This document shows, piece by piece, positions 12,342 through 23,354 of a stretch of DNA of 64,000 bases. The notes under the pieces are model-generated. The model was not told the DNA's origin, did not search any database, and was given only the letters and a program-made list of their open reading frames with translations. The number at the start of each line of letters is the position of its first letter. The stretch's first letter is position 1. A program made the position numbers and the translations under genes. The stretch is from Pristiophorus japonicus (taxonomy: Eukaryota): positions 14,136,001 through 14,200,000 of the forward strand of contig NC_091995.1 in assembly GCF_044704955.1 (NCBI RefSeq). Direction: 5' to 3'.

Positions 12342-12880
12342 CGTTGCTTCTAGCGCGTCGGGCTTGTGCCTTTAAATGGGAGCGCGGGAGACAGCTGGTC
12401 TCGCAGCTGATTGGCGGAGGCGGGAGGTGAAACCATGTGGGTAGCTTCTAGCGCGTCGGGCTCGTGGCTTGGTGGCGGCTTGCCCCTCCAGCTGATTGGC
12501 GGAGGCGGGAGGTGATACCATGTGGGTTGCTTCTAGCGCGTCGGGCTTGTGGCTTTGCGGCTGCTGGTCTCTCCAGCTGATTGGAGGTGGCAGGGAGGTG
12601 ATGACCACGTGGCCCCAACCCACGGTTGCTTCGAGCGCGTAGGGCTTGTGCCTTGGGCGGCGGCTTGTCCATCCAGCTGATTGGCGGAGGCGGGGAGATG
12701 ATGACCACGTGTTCACCTCCCTTCCCTTCCCACGGTTGCTTCTAGCGCGTCGTTCTCGTGGCTTTGCGGCGGCTGGTCTCTCCAGCTGATTGGCGGAGGC
12801 GGTGAGGTGATGACCATGTGGCCCTAGCCCACGGTTGCTTCTAGCGCGTCGGGCTTGCGCCTAGAAATAGGAGCGCGGGC
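12342..12880 (+). promoter_or_regulatory. Tandemly amplified CCAAT/GC-box promoter units upstream of H1-like gene B
   Basis: About 6 units of 85-110 bp (gttgcttctagcgcgtcggg...cagctgattggcggaggcggg) containing 5 inverted CCAAT boxes. TATA-like TTTAAAT at 12371 and TAGAAATA at 12862, each followed by GGAGCGCGGG. Confidence 0.75.
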
Positions 12881-12967
12881 AACGGCCGGCCCCGTTAGGC
12901 TGCGAAGGGCGGCGCCGAGGGAGGGGGGGCGGTGGGGTAGTACCGCTTGCACTTGCCGCTGCCCGAA

Positions 12968-13630
12968 ATGGCGAGACACGCTGCCAGCACCTGCCGCACG
13001 TCGGCGGCTGTCGTCGTCGCCCCTCTGCAGCGTAAAAGGCGCAAAAAGAAGAGGAATCGGCCGCGCCGGCCGTGCCAGCGACCGCGGCGCAAGCGAGTGC
13101 GGCGCATCAACCAGCTGATCCTGCAGGCGCTGTCGGCCCGCAAGCAGAGCGGCGGCCTGTCGCTGGCCTCGCTGCGGGAGGCGCTGCTGGCCAACGGCTA
13201 CGACGTGGAGAAGAACAAGACGTGCCTGCGGATGGCCGTGCGGGGGCTGGTGCGCAACGGCTCGCTGGTGAAGACCAAAAGGCGGGGCACCGCCACCGAC
13301 TACCTGCGGCTCAGCACGAAACAGGAGCAGCAGAAGGCGAAGAGGAAGATGCAGCAGAAGTGCAAGACTACCGCCGCCGCCACGCCGGTGTCCAGACCCC
13401 GGACCCGGGTCAAGGCCAAGCAGTCCAACAAGAAGAAATGCCGGATCAGGACCCCGCCCCCCAAGAAGCGGACCGAGTCCAGGATCCCGGCCCCCAGGAA
13501 GCGGACTGAGACCAGGATCCCGGCCCCCAGGAAGCGGACTGAGACCAGGAAGCGGACTGCGGTCAAAGTCACCACCAGGAAAACCAAAACTAAACCGAAA
13601 TTGACTAGGAAATCAAATTATTATAATTAA
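12968..13630 (+). CDS. Arg/Cys-rich divergent histone H1-like (protamine-like) protein B (220 aa)
   Basis: ATG at 12968 (gaaATGg). Winged helix INQLILQALSARKQSGGLSLASLREALLANGYDVEKNKTCLRMAVRGLVRNGSLVKT, basic tails, stem-loop 45 nt after the stop. Confidence 0.9.
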   Translation: MARHAASTCRTSAAVVVAPLQRKRRKKKRNRPRRPCQRPRRKRVRRINQLILQALSARKQSGGLSLASLREALLANGYDVEKNKTCLRMAVRGLVRNGSLVKTKRRGTATDYLRLSTKQEQQKAKRKMQQKCKTTAAATPVSRPRTRVKAKQSNKKKCRIRTPPPKKRTESRIPAPRKRTETRIPAPRKRTETRKRTAVKVTTRKTKTKPKLTRKSNYYN

Positions 13631-13675
13631 CGGGAGGCGGGAAAGAAGCAACAGCTTCAAACTCCAAACACAAAA

Positions 13676-13691
13676 GGCTCTTTTCAGAGCC
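13676..13691 (+). terminator. Histone 3' stem-loop of gene B, HDE-like AAAAAGGGCTG at ~13712-13722
   Basis: CACAAAA-GGCTCTTTTCAGAGCC-ACAA. Confidence 0.95.
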
Positions 13692-16062
13692 ACAATTTGT
13701 CTCTGCAAAAGAAAAAGGGCTGAAATTACCTGTACTAGATCAAAGCAAAATAACCGCGGAGGCTGGAATCTGAAATGAAAACAGAAAATGCTGGAATTCT
13801 CAGCGGGCCAGGCAGCATCTGTAGAGAAAAACACACCCCAGAGTTAACGCTTCAGGTCGACGACCCTTCGTCAGGACCCACATTACCAATTCACCAGAAG
13901 CTGAAATTCCCAATTTAGTTCGGGAATTCGTGCCCGTGCCAGTCCTTTTTTTGTGTGGAAAATTGATCCAATTGAGTCCCACACTTTCTCCCCTGGCACT
14001 CCCGCTCATGTCCCTGCAAGTTATCTTTTAGCCTGCTGAAAGAATAAGGGGAAGTTTTTATATTTCACTTAGTTTATTTCTGGAGGGCGACACACTCCCT
14101 GAATAGTACACGCTGGGTGGATATTGGCAGAGAAAGATCCGAAGGCTGAGATTTTTTAGGACAACAACCGGATCGGCCGCAATAATTGTCCAATCTTGTG
14201 TATTTCTGTGTAGGAAATAATTGGCTTGACTTATAACTGCGATTACCAAATCCGCCACTTCATATTTTCTGCTACAAATTGCGAGATGGCAGCAGTGCTC
14301 TAGCGTTCCTGTATCATTTGCAAGTGACTAGCGTGATTTACTTTCACTTTAGTGTTTCATCAAAGCTGTGCCATTGAATCCAATTACTAGCCGTTCGTTC
14401 TTGTCTGATTTTACCGATTTGAAGCGTTTTGGGACTTTTCTACATTCAAGGCGCTGTATAATTGCGAGTTGTCGATGTTGGGTTTCATTTTCCCCCGCAT
14501 AGGATGGGAGTAAGATGCATGTTCCAGTCCGTAATGGTCCACAGCCACTCAGGTTCTTAATGCATCTGTGGATTTGAGGCGAGCTGTTTCTCATGAGAAG
14601 TAGTGGTGGGTGGGCTAAATATGGTACCCCCTCTCCCAGGGAAGGGAAAGACCATCAAAATAACAAAGAGCGGTCTTGGCCCTAAACAAAAAAGTTCAGA
14701 TGTCTATTGGGACTTTCCCCTATAGGGTGGAAGGAAGAGAGGTGGAGTGGGACTAAATGGACAACTTTCAAAAACCCTACGCGTTTCCACAGTCTCCGAT
14801 AGTCCCGATCGCTGCTCTTGGAATTAGACCCCTCCGTTTGCGCTTCTACCGACACCAGTGAAGCTTCTGGAGATACGTGTGTAGGACCTCAGTAGCTGGA
14901 TCTCAGAAACATCCCTTCCTCAACGAGGACCAGCGCTGAGAAGTTGCTGCTGTTCATTGGCAAGACTGCTGTGGGTTCCTTCGACAGTGTAAGTGTATGT
15001 CAGTAAAGACATCCCCATCCTCACATAGAGCTCCGTATTCAGCCTTGGTTTGTGGTCCATAGTGTTGGTGCCTACTTTCAGGAGGTGTCGCCCACAGAGG
15101 CTTCTGATGTCGGTATGTTTTAAAGGTGATTAGGAAATGGCTCCCTGGTCGTCTTTTTGTGGATCCACTCTGCAACCAATTATTTCTGAAGCCTCTTTGG
15201 TGGTGTGGACCTTGAGTTGTCCCGAGTTTCTTACATAGAAACATAGAAAGTAGGTGCAGGAGTAGGCCATTCGGCCCTTCGATTCTGCACCACCATTCAA
15301 TAAGATCATGGCTGATCATTCACCTCAGTACCTCTTTCCTGCTTTCTCTCCATACCCCTTGATCCCTTTAGCCGTAAGAGCCACATCTACTTGGCCACTT
15401 TCCACTAGAGACAGGCCTTTCCCTGCTTTTCAAAGTGGGAAGTTTCTGGCTCGAAGATTAGACACCCTCGTCCCTTCCTTACAGCAGCATCTTGCTAGTA
15501 TGGCACCCAAACCAGAATTCTTTACCATTTTTGTCTTAAAAGCGACTACGCGTCCATCGCCTCCTCCAGAAGGTATCTGAGAGCTTTGAAGCGGACTGGG
15601 AGGGGAGAAAAAATATATATTTGCCATTATACTGGGGCTGTTTCTGAACAGATATCGCAGGGATCCGTCAAGTCGGCCTTTTGATGCCGGTGATGGCAGG
15701 CTGGACAAATCTCAATGTTTCTGTTCCTGAAATCCTACGATTGAGCACTTTCTCATAATCTCCCCATGGTCTCTAATTTTGAATCTTTGTGGGATTGCTT
15801 CTGCGTCTGCAGAGAAGTAACCCTGTTCAATTGTGCAAATATTAACACGTCAATATCAATGTTCATTATAAATCAGAGCCAATTTGCGCCTCTGCGAAGC
15901 GTGTCACAAAACGTAGTGCTGTATTGTGTATTTTCATGGGCAGTCCCTCGGGATAACTTTTAGTGTGTATTATATTCTACATTGTGTAGATATTGGGCAT
16001 TATATTCTACACATATTGGCGGTGTAGATTGGCTCAAGCTCGGATTTTTGCTTGCATTTGGT

Positions 16063-16078
16063 GGCTCTGAAAAGAGCC
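16063..16078 (-). terminator. Histone 3' stem-loop of gene C
   Basis: Minus strand AAC-GGCTCTTTTCAGAGCC-ACCAA, with weak HDE-like CCGAGCTTG at ~16035-16043. Confidence 0.95.
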
Positions 16079-16145
16079 GTTGAATTTATTTTAAAGCTCG
16101 ACAGTCTGCGCCTGTCCCATTTAAAGCAAATTTCCCCCCTTCTTT

Positions 16146-16925
16146 CTAGCGCCGCTTGGCGCCGATTCTGCGCCGCCGTCCCAGCTGCCGAGCCTTGCCG
16201 CCGCCGCCTCTGGCGGGCTTGTCTTTGCGGCGGCCCTTGGCGGCTGCCCCTTTGCGCTCGGCTCTGGGCTTGCGCCGAATCTGCGCCGCCCGGCTGGGCT
16301 TGGGCAAAGTGGCGGGCGGGCGGCCGCGCATGACCTGGGGGCAGCGGGAGGCGGCCGGGGTGGATTTGCCGGCGGCCAAGTGCTTCCTGATGAACGCCAT
16401 CGCCTCCGCCACCGCGTCTTCCTTGGGCGTTGTTACCGCCGCCGCCGGGCCGTACAGGAGGCTGCGGGAGCGGTTGAACCTGAAGGAGCCCGAGGCGCCG
16501 GTGCCGGCCGTCTGCACCAGCGAGCCCTTGCTCACCAGGTACCGCACGGTGTGGTTGACGCGGCTGTTGTTGCGCCTCACGTCGTAGCCCTTGGTGGACA
16601 GCGCCTTCTTGAGGGCGGCCAGCGAGATGCCGCGGCGCTCCTTGTTGGCGGCCGCCACCTGCAGGATGCGCTGGGTGACGGTCGGAGCCGCCGCCGCCGT
16701 GGCCGCCGCCGCCGCCTTCTTCTTGCGCCGCGGAGGGCTGCGCTTCTGCCGGCGTTGCGGCGGCCGCTGCGTCCGCCCCCTCCTCGTCCGCTTCTTCTTC
16801 TTCTTCTTGCTGCTGTCGCTGCTGCTCCTGGTGGTGGTGGCCAGGACCACTTTCTCCGCCGCGCCCGAATTCCCTGCCTCCTCCTCCTCCGCCGCCGCTG
16901 CCTTCTGGTGGTTGTCGTCACCCAT
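16146..16925 (-). CDS. Arg-rich histone H1-like protein C (259 aa)
   Basis: ATG at 16925 (MGDDNHQ). Well-conserved globular domain [70 protein letters not shown], followed by a stem-loop. Confidence 0.92.
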   Translation of the reverse strand: MGDDNHQKAAAAEEEEAGNSGAAEKVVLATTTRSSSDSSKKKKKKRTRRGRTQRPPQRRQKRSPPRRKKKAAAAATAAAAPTVTQRILQVAAANKERRGISLAALKKALSTKGYDVRRNNSRVNHTVRYLVSKGSLVQTAGTGASGSFRFNRSRSLLYGPAAAVTTPKEDAVAEAMAFIRKHLAAGKSTPAASRCPQVMRGRPPATLPKPSRAAQIRRKPRAERKGAAAKGRRKDKPARGGGGKARQLGRRRRIGAKRR

Positions 16926-17065
16926 GCTTGGGGGCTCTATGGGGGGGGGTGGGGGGGGGAGTGGGAAGCAGATCTTTCCTCTCTCTTTCTCTCGCCCTGT
17001 CCCACGCCTCCGCACCAACACTTGGCTGGAACCAACAAGCGCCAGCCAGCCGCAAGCGGCCGCTC

Positions 17066-17083
17066 TTTATAGACAGGGGGCGG
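17066..17083 (-). promoter_or_regulatory. TATA box and adjacent GC box of gene C
   Basis: Minus strand TATAAA at 17066-17071, GGGGCGG at 17077-17083. Confidence 0.7.
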
Positions 17084-17561
17084 ACCTGGTGCAGCGCTCC
17101 AGCCCCCTGTGAATGGACGAAAAGTTGCTGGAAACGTTCAAAGTGGGAGGGGGGGGGCGGGGAGAGAAAGAGGGGGACAAGTTTAAATCCAATACCTAGG
17201 ATTGGGAATCAGGATCCGGTTAACCCATCTCCAACAACACGCATTATGAAGGAGCAAGGGGGAAACTTTGTGGTGTAGATAGATGAATGGCACTTGGTCT
17301 GAGTGCAATCTTTTGTATCTTCTCGTTCAAAATGACACACGCTGATCAGATTGCAGCTATCAGTAAAAGAGTAAACAGGTCGGGGCTTAGTCCGAAGACC
17401 TAAGACCTTTCAAAAGTCTTTAAAAGGTGACAAGTATCCAAAACCAGCAAGCTCAAGAAGTATGAGGACACATTGGAATGGCTGGGTTTGTTCTCATTGG
17501 AACACAGAAGGTTGAGAGGAGACCTCATTGAGGTGTACAAAATATTGAGGGGCCTGGACAT

Positions 17562-20078
17562 AGTATCAAACAAGAAATTAGGGATGCGTGCAATAAAGGT
17601 ACAGCAGTTATCATGGGTGACTTCAATCTACATATTGATTGGGCTAACCAAACTGGTAGCAATGCGGTGGAGGAGGATTTCCTGGAGTGTATTAGGGATG
17701 GTTTTCGAGACCAATATGTCGAGGAACCAACTAGAGAGCTGGCAATGTTAGACTGGGTGATGTACAATGAGAAAGGACTAATTAGCAATCTTGTTGTGCG
17801 TGGCCCCTTGGGAAATAGTGACCATAATGTGGTAGAATTCTTTATTAAGGTGGAGAGTGACAAAGTTAATTCAGAAACTAAGGTCTTGAACTTAAAGAAA
17901 GGTAACTTCGATGGTTTGAGGCGTGGATTGGCTAGAATAGACTGGCCAATTAAAGGGTTGACGGTGGATAGGCAATGACAAACATTTAAAGATCACATAG
18001 ATGAACTTCAGCAATTGTACATCCCTGTCTGGAGTAAAAATAAAATGGGGAAGGTGGCTCAACCGTGGCTAACAAGGGAAATTAAGGATAGTGTTAAATC
18101 CAAGGAAGAGGCATATAAATTTGCTAGAAAAAGCAGCAAACTTGAGGACTGGGAGAAATTTAGAATTCAGCAGAGGAGGTCAAAGGGTTTAATTAAGAGG
18201 GGGAAAATAGAGTACGAGAGGAAGCTTGCAGGGAACATAAAAAATGACTGCAAAAGTTTCTATAGATATGTGAAGAGAAAAAGATTAGTGAAGACAAACG
18301 TAGTCCGTTGCGGTCGGATTCAGGTGAATTTATAATGGGGAACAAAGAAATGGCAGACCAATTGACAAGTACTTTGGTTCTGTCTTCATGAAGGAAGACA
18401 CAAATAACCTTCCGGATGTACTAGGGGACTGAGGGTCTAGTGAGAACGAGGAACTGAAAGATATTCTTATTAGGCGGAAAATTGTGTTGGGGAAATTGAT
18501 GGGATTGAAGGCCGATAAATCCCCGGGGCCTGATAGTCTGCATCCCAGAGTACTTAAGGAAGTGGCCCTAGAAATAGTGATCATTGTCCAACAGTCTATG
18601 GACTCTGGATCAGTTCCTATGGACTGGAGGGTATCTAATGTAACACCACTTTTTAAAAAGAGAGGGAGAGAGAAAATGGGTAATTATAGACCGGTTAGCC
18701 TGACATCAGTAGTGGGGAAAATGTTGGAATCAATTATTAAGGATGAAATAGCAGCATATTTGGAAAGCAGTGACAGGATCGGTCCAAGTCAGCATGGATT
18801 TATGAAAGGGAAATCATGCTTGACAAATCTTCTGGAATTTTTTGAGGATGTAACAAGTAGAGTGGACAAGGGAGAACCAGTGGATGTGGTGTATTTGGAC
18901 TTTCAAAAGGCTTTTGACAAGGTCCCACATAAGAGATTGGTGTGCAAAATCAAAGCACATGGTATTGGGGGTAATGTACTGATGTGGATAGAGAACTGGT
19001 TGGCAGACAGGAAGCAAAGAGTCAGGATAACCGGGTCCTTTTCAGAATGGCAGGCAGTGACTAGTGGAGTGCCGCAGGGGTCAGTGCTGGGACCCCAGCT
19101 ATTTACTATATATATTAATGATTTAGATGAAGGAATTGAGTGTAGTATCTCCAAGTTTGCAGATGACACTAAACTGGGTGGCGGTGTGAGCTGTGAGGAG
19201 GATGCTAAGAGGCTGCAGGGTGACTTGAACAGGTTAGGTGAGTGGGCAAATGCATGGCAGATGAAGTATAATGTGGATAAATATGAGGTTATCCACTTTG
19301 GGGGCAAAAACATGAAGGCAGAATATTATCTGAATGGTGGCAGATTAGGAAAAGGGGAGGTGCAATGAGACCTGGGTGTTATGGTAAATCAGTCATTGAA
19401 AGTTGGCATGCAGGTACAGCAGGTGGTGAAGAAGGCAAATGGTATGTTGGCCTTCATAGCTAGGGTATTTGAGTATAGGAGCAGGGAGGTCTTACTGCAG
19501 TTGTACAGGGCCTTGGTGAGGCCTCACCTGGAATATTGTGTTCAATTTTGGTCTCCTAATCTGAGGAAGTATGTTCGTGCTATTGAGGGAGTGCAGCGAA
19601 GGTTCACCAGACTGATTCCCGGGATGGCAGGACTGGCATATGAGGAGAGATTGGATCAACTGGGCCTTTTTACACTGGAGTTTAGAAGGATGAGAGGGGA
19701 TCTCATAGAAACATAAGATTCTGACGGGATTGGACAGGTTAAATGCGCGAAGAATGTTCCCGATGTTGGGGAAGTCAAGAACCAGGGAACACAGTCTTAG
19801 GATAAGGGGTAGGCCATTTAGGACTGAGATGAGGAGAAACTTCTTCACTCAGAGAGTTGTTAACCTGTGGAATTCCCTGCCGCAGAGAGTTGTTGATGCC
19901 AGTGCATTGGATATATTCAAGAGGGAGTTAGATACGGCTAAAAGGATCAAGGGGTATCGAGAGAAAGCAGGAAAGGGGTACTGAGGGAATGATCAGCCAT
20001 GATCTTATTGAATGGTGGTGCAGGCTCGAAGGGATGAATGACCTACTCCTGCACCTATTTTCAATGTTTCTATGTTTC
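17562..20078 (+). mobile_element. CR1 LINE, 5'-truncated, disrupted ORF2
   Basis: GDFNLHIDW, RT motifs [19 protein letters not shown] and KFADD. 3' tail tttctatgtttcta. Confidence 0.95.
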
Positions 20079-21214
20079 TAGTGAATAGTAAGGGTCTATT
20101 TGCATTGGTGGAGGGGTCTATTATGAGGGAGCATAGTTTTAAGGCTGGTGGAAGGTTTAGAGGGGATTTGAGGGGAGTGGGGCTTCTTTACACAGAGGGT
20201 TGTGGGGATCTGGAACTTGTTGCCTGGAAGAGTGGTGGATGCAGAAACCCTCACCACTTTTAAGAGATGGTTGGATGGTTAAAGTGCCGTAACCTGCAGG
20301 GTTACGGACCCAGAGCTGGTAATTGGGATTAGACTGGATGACCTTTTGTTGGACGGAGCAGATATGATGGTAAGTACTGCAGGGAATAGAATATGGCCAG
20401 TGTGATCTCCTGGACTAGTTTCGATCGCCTGGATGGTTCAGAGAGGAATTTTCCCAGATTTTTTCTTCCTAAATTGGCCTGGGTTTTTATGTGGTTTTTG
20501 CCTCTCCCAGGAGATCACATGGCTCCAGTTGGGCTGGAGTGTAGCTGTTTTCTGTATAAGGGGTGTCGCAGTTGTGTGGGGTGGACTGGTTGGGCTGGGT
20601 GCTCTTTGCCTTTCCGCCATTGTTCATAGGTTTAGGGCTGCTGATCAAGGGCCGTGCGGCTCTTTGTCGGCCGGCGAGGACATGATGGGCCGGAATGGCC
20701 TCCTACTGCGCTGTAAATTTCTATGTTTCTAAGTACATTTAAGAATTAATTCTGCACTTTCAGTGGAGTTTGCCACTTTATAAGGAGTCCAATTTTTCAT
20801 CCCAAAGCTTCAACATCTCAGCCTACGCTCAATTGAAAGAAAGACTTGCATTTATTTGTCGCCTTTCACGACCTCAGGATGTCCCAAGGCACTTTACAGT
20901 CAATGAAGCAATTTCTGAAGTGTAACCACTGTTGTACTGTGGGAAACGCGGCAACCAATTTGTGCACTGCAACCTCCCAGAAACTACAAATGTGATAATG
21001 TACAGATAATCTGTTTTTGTTATGTTGATTGAGGAATAAATATTTATCAGGGCAGTTGGTAGCACTCTAGCCTCTAAATCAAGTTGAGCGTTCAAGCCGC
21101 ACTCCAGACTTGAGCACATAAGAACATAAGAACATAAGAAATAGGAGCAGGGGTAGGCCATACGGCCCCTCGAGCCTGTTCCGCCATTTAATACGATCAT
21201 GGCTGATCCGATTA

Positions 21215-22390
21215 TGGTGGAGGAGGGGGAGGGAAGGGGGAGAGGAGGGGGAGGGAAGGGGAGAGGAGGGGTGGGAGGGAGGGAGAGGAGGGGAAGGGAA
21301 GGGGAGAGAGGTGGGTGGGAGGGAGGGAGGGAGAAGAGGGGGGGAGAAGGAGGGGGAGGGAGAGGATGGGGAGGGAGAGGAGGTGGGTGGGAGGGGGGAA
21401 GAGGAAGGGGAGAGAGGGGGAGAGGAGGAGGAGGGGGAGGAGGGGGAAGGGAGGGGGAGGGAGGGAGAGAAGGTAGGTGGGAGNNNNNNNNNNNNNNNNN
21501 NNNNNNNNNNNNNNNNNNNNNNNNNNNNNNNNNNNNNNNNNNNNNNNNNNNNNNNNNNNNNNNNNNNNNNNNNNNNNNNNNNNNNNNNNNNNNNNNNNNN
21601 NNNNNNNNNNNNNNNNNNGGGGAAGAAGTGGGGGGAGAAGGAGGGGGAGGGAGAGGATGGGGAGGAGAGGAGGTTGGGGGGAGAGAGGGGGGAGGGAGGA
21701 GGAGGGGGAGGGGAAGGGAGGGGGTGGGAGGGAGAGGAGGGAGGTGGAGGGAGGGGGGGGGGGAACGGGGGAGGGAGAGGAGGTAGGTGGGAGGGGGAAG
21801 AGGAAGGGGAGAGAGGGAGAGAGGGGGAGAGGAGGAGGAGGGGAGAGGAGGAGGGGGAAGGGAGGGGGTGGAGGAGGGGAGGGGGAAGGAGGAGGGGAAG
21901 GGAAGGGGAGAGGAGGGGAAGGGAAAGGAGGGGAAGGGAAGGGGAGAGGAGGTGGGTGGAGGGAGGGAGAAGAGGGGGGAGAAGGAGGGGGAGGGAGAGG
22001 ATGGGGAGGGAGAGAGGGGTGGGTGGGAGAGAGGGGGAGAGGAGGAGGAGGGGGAGGAGGGGGAAGGGAGGAGGAGGGAGGGAGAAGAGGTGGGTAGGAG
22101 GGGGGAGGAGGGTGAATGGATGGGGAGAGGAGTGGGGAAGGGAGGGGGTGGAGGAGGGAGAGGGAAGGGGAGAGGAGGGGGAAGGGAGGCGGTGAGGAGG
22201 AGGGGGAGGGAAGGGGAGAGGAGGTGGGTGGGAGGGGGGGGAGAGGGAGGTGGATGGGAGGGGGGAAGAGGAAGGGGAGAGAGGGAGGAGGAGGAGGGGG
22301 TGGGGGGAGAGGAGGGTGGAGGGAGGGAGGGAGGGCGGAGGGAGGGGGGGAGCGAGGGAGAAAGAGCTGAATGGGAGGGAGTGGGGGGGA
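21215..22390. repeat. Polypurine G/A-rich low-complexity tract containing an assembly gap (N at 21484-21618)
   Basis: Almost only G and A on the + strand. All long Pro-rich and Gly/Glu/Arg-rich ORFs here derive from it. Confidence 0.95.
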
Positions 22391-22504
22391 GGCTGAATGG
22401 GCCCCGCTGCCAACGAAGAAGATGCTGGGCCGCAGCCGATGACACTTCGGGCTGGGCCTGCCCCAGTGAGATGCCGGCCGGGCGGGCCCTGCCACCGCCG
22501 ACAA

Positions 22505-22800
22505 CGCTGACGCCCGCACCGAGAAGCTGGGCCGGCGCCGAGGACCTCAGATGGGGCCAGCCCCCAGGAGATGCCGGGCAGGCCCCGCCGCCGATGAGGG
22601 AAGAGGTGTCAGGCCACATGGTCTGGGATAGGGTCGACGTCCCTTCGGTCAGAGACAGGACGTGCTGGGAGGGCCAGGCGCTACTGCGTACACTGCCGAA
22701 GGTGGCGCAGGGCTGTAACCCCATCCTCAGCAGCTCCTGCCGCACCGCGCCGAGCTGGAAACAGGCTGACAGATATCGGAGAATCACGAGGTAAGTATTC
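22505..22800 (-). pseudogene. Possible degenerate BRWD1/PHIP-family N-terminal fragment
   Basis: YLVILRYLSA..VRQELLRMGLQP..W...H..PD..QLLGAG resembles BRWD1 YFLIARYLSA..LVQELEQYQLLP..W...H..HVAPD..SLLGAG. Comparison is from recall, not a search. Confidence 0.35.
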
Positions 22801-23354
22801 GGCACAATTCCCGTTCAAGCGGGGATCCGAAACTTGAGCCCTTTATGTGGGACCTTGTCAAATGCCTTCTGGAAGTCCAAATACGCCACATAATGCCGAC
22901 TGACTCAAGTGCAGTGCTGAGGGAGCGCTGTCGGAGGTGCCGTCATTCAAATAAGATGCCCCTTCAGATGAACGCAAAGGAGCATATGGCACTCTTTCAA
23001 AGAGCAGGCGAGTTCTCCCCGGTGTCCTGTGACAAAATCTATCCCTCAACCAACATCACTGCAAAACAGATTATCTGGTCATTATCACCTTGCTGTGTGT
23101 GGGAGCTTACTGTGCACAAATTGGCTGCTGCATTTCCCGCATCACAACAGTAACACTTCAAAAAGTACTTCATTGGCTGTGGAGCGCATTGGGACGTCCG
23201 GAGGTTGTAAAAGTGCTGAATCAATGTAAGCTCTTTCTTTTAAATATGTAAAAGCATATATATATATTTAATATATATATATATATATATAAAATATATA
23301 TTGTGTATTTCCAATTATCCAGTTTCTTGTGATTTGCTAAATTATGAAATGAGT

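Noticed and set aside
12342-12880. CRISPR-like appearance of spaced repeats
   Set aside because: The context is eukaryotic, and the intervening sequences are homologous to each other rather than unique spacers.
16926-17021. 32-aa extension of gene C
   Set aside because: The start is non-ATG, and the region is probably 5' UTR between the TATA box and the ATG at 16925.
20874-22400. Long Pro-rich or Gly/Glu/Arg-rich ORFs (up to 643 aa)
   Set aside because: Artefacts of the polypurine tract and the N gap.
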